64,000 nucleotides of DNA from Myxococcota bacterium. Lineage in GTDB: Bacteria; Myxococcota_A; UBA9160; JAFDDA01. Below, in pieces: positions 59,233 through 64,000 of this stretch. The stretch is taken from positions 2,560,001 through 2,624,000 of the forward strand of contig OZ245817.1 in the NCBI GenBank assembly GCA_965228475.1, written 5' to 3'. Both the position numbers and the translations under genes were made by a program. Position 1 is the first letter of the stretch. Each line of letters opens with the position of its first letter. The notes beneath the pieces were generated by a model that ran no database searches, was not told the origin of the DNA, and was given only the letters and a program-made list of their open reading frames with translations.

Positions 59233-59970
59233 GTGTTCGGCTTCTTCCGACGGTTCTCTCGCCGCAAGCTCCTGCGAGAACCCATGCCCGAGGACTGGCT
59301 CACGCATCTCGAACGGCGCGTGCCGTTTTTCCGGGACATGGAGGGACCGCTCCGCGAGCGCTTCCTCGACGACCTCAAGGTCTTCGCCTGGGAGAAAGAA
59401 TTCATCGGCGCCGGGGGGCAGGAGATCGACGATGAAGTCCGCGTCGTCATCTCGGCCGCCGCGGTTCGCCTGATCCTGCACCTCGACCTCTCCTACTACG
59501 ACCGGCTCACGGAGATCATCGTCTACCCGGAGGCGTTCCGGCGGCCCGGCGAAGAGACGTGGGTCCTCGGCGAAGCGCACACCTGGGGGACCGTGGTGCT
59601 GGCCTGGAAGAGCGTCGTGCTTGGGCTGGCGAACCAGGAGGACGCCCACGACACGGCCACCCACGAGTTCGCCCACGTGCTCGACCGGGCCGCCGGCGCC
59701 TTCGATGGGACGCCGGAGCTCCGCGCCCGCGCCCACTATCGCCCCTGGGCCCAGGTGATGACCCGCAACTTCAGGGCGCTCCGGCGCGGCGGCCGCAGGG
59801 CCCGCAAGGTCCTGCGGGAGTACGGCGCGACCAACGAGGCCGAGTTCTTCGCCGTGGCGACCGAGGCCTTCTTCGAGAAGCCCGAGCAGATGCGTGAGCA
59901 GACACCGGACCTCTACGCCGAGCTCGAGCGCTTCTATCTCAGGCGGTCCATCCCCGCAGCGAAGGCCTAG
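59233..59970 (+). CDS. MtfA-like zinc peptidase (M90 family)
   Basis: IIVYPEAF, LGEA, VVLAW, HEFAHVLD, YGATNEAEFFAVATEAFFE; start uncertain (59206-59233). Confidence 0.9.
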   Translation: MFGFFRRFSRRKLLREPMPEDWLTHLERRVPFFRDMEGPLRERFLDDLKVFAWEKEFIGAGGQEIDDEVRVVISAAAVRLILHLDLSYYDRLTEIIVYPEAFRRPGEETWVLGEAHTWGTVVLAWKSVVLGLANQEDAHDTATHEFAHVLDRAAGAFDGTPELRARAHYRPWAQVMTRNFRALRRGGRRARKVLREYGATNEAEFFAVATEAFFEKPEQMREQTPDLYAELERFYLRRSIPAAKA

Positions 59971-60401
59971 ACCTTCTCCGCTTCTGCGAGGACGTGTTCG
60001 AGGAAGGCGCGGATCGTCTCCTGCTCCCGGCGGTCGAACGGCGCCAGCAAGGCGGCGTTCAGGCGCTTCGTCTCGGAGAGGGTCCGCGCGACCAGCGCCC
60101 GGCCCGCCCGCGTCAGATGCAGGAGATGCACCCGGCCATCGTCGCCGGAGACCCGGCGCTCGACGAGCCCCTCCCCTTCGAGGGTGTCGACGAGACCGGT
60201 GAGCCGGGACCGGCTGTGGCCCGCTCGCCGTGCGATCTCCGAGCTCGGCAGACCGTCCGCGGCCGCGAGCGTGAACAGGATGACCTGATGGGCCGTCGCG
60301 ATTCCCTCGGCTTCGCGCAGCTTCCGGTCGAGCGCGCGGAACAGCGCTCCGTGCGCACGGTGCAGCAGGTGGAAGACTCGAAGCGGGCCGGAGTTTGACA
60401 T
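59967..60401 (-). CDS. MarR-family transcriptional regulator
   Basis: EIARRAG..LTGLVDTLE..GLVER..DDGR..LHLTRAG. Confidence 0.9.
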   Translation of the reverse strand: MSNSGPLRVFHLLHRAHGALFRALDRKLREAEGIATAHQVILFTLAAADGLPSSEIARRAGHSRSRLTGLVDTLEGEGLVERRVSGDDGRVHLLHLTRAGRALVARTLSETKRLNAALLAPFDRREQETIRAFLEHVLAEAEKV

Positions 60402-60424
60402 CGTTCCTGGCACGGAGTATTTAG

Positions 60425-60436
60425 TTCAATCTTGAA
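60425..60436. promoter_or_regulatory. Putative MarR operator
   Basis: TTCAA-TC-TTGAA palindrome in the AT-rich divergent intergenic region. Confidence 0.55.
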
Positions 60437-60493
60437 TCATATTGCACCAGGCCCGGGCTGATCGCAACCGCCCGCCCTCGGAGGTCGCCCCTG

Positions 60494-60949
60494 ATGGCCC
60501 AAGCCGCCTACTTCGTCGCACTCGCCGCCAGCTTCGTCTGGTTCTCCATGGGTTTCCGGTACTTCGGCTTCCAACCCGAAGCGGCCGCCAAGGTGATGGT
60601 GGCGAAGTCCCAGCGCGACTCACCGATCTTCAGGACCTACGCGGCCGGCGTGCGATTCCTCGGCGGGTTCAATGCCGCCTTTGCGCTCATGTCCCTCGTG
60701 CTCCTCGTCCTCGCCCTGGTCGGGAGCCCCCTGTTCGCCGCGCCCGGGGAACGCGCGATCGTCCTGTTCATCCTCGGAGCCGCCCACTTCTCGCAGTTCT
60801 GGTTCAACGTTCCGGTCCTGCGGAACGGCGAACGCCAGGGCGAGGCCTACTGGCCGGTCCTCTCCGGCCCCATGCTCGTGATCTTCGTGGTCGATGCGGC
60901 CGAGGCCCTCCTCCACCTCGGGGGCGGCCTGCTTCAGCTCGCCGCCTGA
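60494..60949 (+). CDS. Hypothetical 4-TM membrane protein
   Basis: GGAGG RBS; four hydrophobic segments; divergent from marR. Confidence 0.75.
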   Translation: MAQAAYFVALAASFVWFSMGFRYFGFQPEAAAKVMVAKSQRDSPIFRTYAAGVRFLGGFNAAFALMSLVLLVLALVGSPLFAAPGERAIVLFILGAAHFSQFWFNVPVLRNGERQGEAYWPVLSGPMLVIFVVDAAEALLHLGGGLLQLAA

Positions 60950-60973
60950 CTCGAAGGGAGCGTCGGAACGCCC

Positions 60974-61015
60974 TCTAGACACTCGATCTAGATTGATCTA
61001 GACTGTCCATCTAGA
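60974..61015. promoter_or_regulatory. Twin 19-bp operators (four TCTAGA half-sites) immediately before tetR
   Basis: TCTAGACACTCGATCTAGA (60974-60992) and TCTAGACTGTCCATCTAGA (60997-61015). Confidence 0.75.
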
Positions 61016-61016
61016 G

Positions 61017-61583
61017 ATGGCCAGGAACCGACCCGAACGCAGCCACGAGGACAAGGCCGCCGAGATCGTCGCGATCGCGCGGCGGCTCTTCCTCGAGAAC
61101 GGCTACGACAAGACGCCCATCGCCGCGATCGCCCGGGAAGCCGGCATCGCGAGCAACGTCGTCCACTGGTACTTCCCGACGAAGGACGACCTCTTCGTCG
61201 CGGTCCTCGAGGACCTGCAATCCGAGGACCTCGAGGAAGCGCTCGAACGATTCGAACGCTCGGCCGGCCGCGAGGAACAGGAACTCGAGGCCCTCCTGAC
61301 CGAGTTCGTGGTGCGCCGCCTCGACCGCTACGCGCTCATCGCCACCCTTCACGAGCGCTCCCACCACTCGCCCGCCATGGCCGAGTTCCACGAGCGCATC
61401 CACCGGCGCTACGCGCACTACCTGAGCGAAGCGCTCGATCGCTGCGGCGTGCCGGCCGGGAACCGCGGCCTCGTCGTCAGCGCCCTCGTCACCGCGATCG
61501 AGGGGCTCGTCATGCACCGCGCCAGCAAGCGTGAGGCGAAGAAGATGATGTCCTTCCTCGCCCAACGGCTCATCACACCCTGA
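61017..61583 (+). CDS. TetR/AcrR-family transcriptional regulator
   Basis: ARRLFLENGYDKT..AIAREAGI..VHWYFPTKDDL. Confidence 0.93.
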   Translation: MARNRPERSHEDKAAEIVAIARRLFLENGYDKTPIAAIAREAGIASNVVHWYFPTKDDLFVAVLEDLQSEDLEEALERFERSAGREEQELEALLTEFVVRRLDRYALIATLHERSHHSPAMAEFHERIHRRYAHYLSEALDRCGVPAGNRGLVVSALVTAIEGLVMHRASKREAKKMMSFLAQRLITP

Positions 61584-61611
61584 CCCTCGCCCACCCGAAA
61601 GGAACCGGACC

Positions 61612-62172
61612 ATGAACCTACTTCCCCTCGCCGACGAACCCCTCACCGCCCCGACGGACCGGGACATGCTCCCCTCCGAGCGCCGCGAGTTCGTTCGCAC
61701 CCATCGGACCTGCCTGTTCGGCCACGCGCGCAAGAACGACGGCCCGGCGATGTCGGTCGTCTACTACATCCCGACGGACTCGGACGAGCTCCTCGTCTCG
61801 ACCATGGGCGACCGGGCCAAGGCCAAGGCGGTCGGGCGCAACGGAAAGGTCAGCCTCTGCGTGCTCGACGAGCGCTGGCCCTTCACCTATCTGCAGGTCT
61901 ACTGCGACGCCGAGGTCGACCGCGATCCGAAGCTCGTGACCGACGTGATGATGGCCGTGGCCGGCCGGATGTCCGGAACGCCGCTCCCGGAGGCGACCCG
62001 CCCGGCCGTCGAGAAGATGGCGCAGGCCGAGGGGCGCGTGGTCCTCCGCTGCCGCCCCTACGCCACCTTCGCGACGCCGCCGCGGCATCTGCACGCGAAC
62101 GACCAGGAGGAGCAGCTCACCCACTGGGTCACGGCCAACATGCCGTGGGATGCGGCCGACGAACCGGCCTGA
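61612..62172 (+). CDS. Pyridoxamine 5'-phosphate oxidase-like split-barrel protein (FMN/F420-binding)
   Basis: RKNDGPAMSVVYY, STMGDRAKAK, KVSLCV, YLQVY. Confidence 0.8.
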   Translation: MNLLPLADEPLTAPTDRDMLPSERREFVRTHRTCLFGHARKNDGPAMSVVYYIPTDSDELLVSTMGDRAKAKAVGRNGKVSLCVLDERWPFTYLQVYCDAEVDRDPKLVTDVMMAVAGRMSGTPLPEATRPAVEKMAQAEGRVVLRCRPYATFATPPRHLHANDQEEQLTHWVTANMPWDAADEPA

Positions 62173-62187
62173 ATCCGGCGGGAGCCG

Positions 62188-63333
62188 CTAGGGGCCAAGC
62201 GAGTGAACCGATGGAATGTCCCAGACCTCGGCGATGCGGCCGTCGACGATCCGCCAGACCACCACGACGTCCGTCGCGATGGGCTGATCGCCGATCCGCA
62301 TCGTGTTCCTCGTGTGCACGACGAGCAGCTCGTCTCCCACCGGCGTGACGGAAACCGGATGGACTTCGAAGGTGCCGTTCGTCAGCTCGGCGATCCGGCC
62401 GAAGAAATCCAGGATGCCCTTCCGGCCGACGTAGTCGCCCTGGACGTCGGGAAGCAGGGGATTGTAGAAGTGGAAGACGGCGTCTTCGGAGAAGGCGTCG
62501 ATCGTCCCCGGAACGTCCGCCGGATCGAAGCGCTCGAGTACCGCGACGTTCGGGTGAGCCCCGCCCACGGCCGGCTCCGCTCCACCGGCTTCCTGCCGCG
62601 CGATCCCGTCGATCGTCGCCTGAACCTCGGCCGTCTTCGATGAGATCCGCGTGGGGCCGCCCTGTTTGAAGCGAAAGTCGCAGTGACTGCACCCGTCGGC
62701 GAGCGTCTGGGTGCGGACCAGCCCCCAGCCGAACGCATCGCTCAGGGCGACGTCGGACATGCAGACGTAAGGCGCGAAGGCCTCTGCGCCCAGCTTGCGC
62801 GCGAGCTCCAGGTTCCCGCAGCGCAGATAGTCCACCCCGAAGTCGAAGCGCTCGCCGTCGCCGACGACCGAGCGAGTCTCGAAATCGCCTGCCCGGAGCG
62901 GCGCAGCGGCAGCGCGCTTCCGGATCACGAAGCGCGAAAGGCGCGAGAACAAGAGCCAGCTCCGCAAGCGACGCTTCCACGCGGGAATCCGTTGTATCCG
63001 GAGCCGAAGCCCTCGGTGGCAAAGCTCCCATGCTTCGGAAGCAGTCCCTCCCCGCGCTTCGACGGCCTGATAGACGGCAAGCTCCTGGGCCGTGATGTCG
63101 AGGAACCGGTTCAGCACCAGCCCCCGCCTTCCCTTCACGCGCTCCATGCGCGGCAGGATCTCCGCGTATCTCTCGCGGGCCGCGAGCACGAGCGCCGTCG
63201 CGCCGGGCTCTCCATAGCGCTCGCGGAGGAACCCGCGCAGAAGGCCAGCCGTCCGGTCGAAGTCTTCCAGCGCTTTCCGGATCCATCGCGGGGGATGGGC
63301 CGCTGCTGAGACCTGGGGGACTGCGGAGGTCAC
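62188..63333 (-). CDS. ATC-hydrolase-like (V4R-type) domain fused to a SnoaL/NTF2-like domain
   Basis: DYLRCG, YVCMSD, RTQTLADGCSHCDFRF; then FSEDAVFH..GDYVGRKGI..F, WRIVDGRIAEVW; GTG after GGAGG. Confidence 0.72.
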   Translation of the reverse strand: MTSAVPQVSAAAHPPRWIRKALEDFDRTAGLLRGFLRERYGEPGATALVLAARERYAEILPRMERVKGRRGLVLNRFLDITAQELAVYQAVEARGGTASEAWELCHRGLRLRIQRIPAWKRRLRSWLLFSRLSRFVIRKRAAAAPLRAGDFETRSVVGDGERFDFGVDYLRCGNLELARKLGAEAFAPYVCMSDVALSDAFGWGLVRTQTLADGCSHCDFRFKQGGPTRISSKTAEVQATIDGIARQEAGGAEPAVGGAHPNVAVLERFDPADVPGTIDAFSEDAVFHFYNPLLPDVQGDYVGRKGILDFFGRIAELTNGTFEVHPVSVTPVGDELLVVHTRNTMRIGDQPIATDVVVVWRIVDGRIAEVWDIPSVHSLGP

Positions 63334-63385
63334 CCTACCCTCCTCTCCTTCGGCGACGAGGAGAACGTTCCACCGCAAAGAAAGA

Positions 63386-63401
63386 AGCAAGGCGAGTGCC
63401 A
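63386..63401 (-). promoter_or_regulatory. Sigma-54 (-24/-12) promoter
   Basis: Minus strand TGGCACTCGCCTTGCT, a near-consensus match about 50 bp upstream of the 63333 start. Confidence 0.8.
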
Positions 63402-63518
63402 GCCGGACAGCTTCGAGACGGCGCGGGCGTCCAGGCGGCGCTTCGCCCCGTGGCAGAATGCCTTCGCGAGTGGTGCAACGAGTCACACCCGGAGAGCCGC
63501 TGCCCGGCAGGACGAAGC

Positions 63519-64000
63519 CTACTCGTCGAGCTCCCGGTTGAAGCGCGGCGGGCGCTTCTCGAGGAACGAGCGATACCCCTCGATCTGGTCGGGTGTCCCG
63601 GAGGTCGCGTGCACGGCCGCTCGCTCCGCAGCGAGGTTTTCCTCGAGCGTCCGCTCATGAGCATCGACGATCGCGCGCAGCATCCCCGCCACCGACTTCG
63701 CGGGCTGGGCGGCGAGCTCCTGGCCGAGGGCCTCGGCGCGATCGAAGAGTTCGGCGACCGGCCACACCTCGTGCACGAGGCCGATGCGCAGGGCTTCGGG
63801 CCCGGAGACCTTCTTCGCGCGGAGGATCAGGTCGAGCGCGTGGTGGGCGCCAACCAGGCGGGTCAGGCGCGCACTTCCGCCCCAGGCCGGAACGCTCCCG
63901 AGGTCCATCTCCGGCAGCCCGATCTTCGCACCCTCCTCCGCGGCGAGGCGGAAGTGGCAGGCGAGCGGGAGTTCGAGTCCACCGCCCAGGCAGTACCCCG
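63519..64000 (-). CDS. Enoyl-CoA hydratase/isomerase family protein (5'-truncated by the window edge)
   Basis: GYCLGGGLELPLACHFR, KIGLPEMDLGSVPAWGG, EGYRSFLEKR. Confidence 0.88.
   Translation of the reverse strand, partial: GYCLGGGLELPLACHFRLAAEEGAKIGLPEMDLGSVPAWGGSARLTRLVGAHHALDLILRAKKVSGPEALRIGLVHEVWPVAELFDRAEALGQELAAQPAKSVAGMLRAIVDAHERTLEENLAAERAAVHATSGTPDQIEGYRSFLEKRPPRFNRELDE

Noticed and set aside
60408..60423. TGGCAC near marR as a sigma-54 promoter
   Set aside because: The -12 GC is absent

Overview
This is a very GC-rich bacterial chromosomal window. Gene content and style suggest a deltaproteobacterial or Myxococcota-like organism (inference). It holds about 54 densely packed CDS and one tRNA-Lys(UUU); no rRNA, CRISPR array, transposase or integrase was seen. 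Housekeeping genes include serC, serA, purA, aroA, an alkA-like glycosylase, two cation:proton antiporters and three enoyl-CoA hydratases. The most notable items are: (1) a divergent exbBD/tonB locus co-oriented with a secreted 1087-aa protein made of about 42 Dx[DN]xDG beta-hairpin repeats, with tandem repeats in both leaders; (2) a degenerate AAA+ protein ending in GTYL, like the GQYL proteasome-docking tail; (3) a yfiR gene coupled to a YfiN-like-sensor chemoreceptor behind a sigma-28-like promoter; (4) an archaeal-type AglB/STT3 oligosaccharyltransferase next to a polyprenol-phosphate glycosyltransferase; (5) a beta-propeller/cytochrome c lipoprotein with a CX6CH motif; (6) a decayed islet at tRNA-Lys with an att-like duplication, an ImmA/IrrE peptidase and an adjacent RcsF-like/serine-protease fusion; (7) two clean sigma-54 promoters, several operators and a frameshifted SDR. 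All family calls come from motif recognition by eye, not database searches. Several start codons were re-chosen from the ORF track and are approximate.
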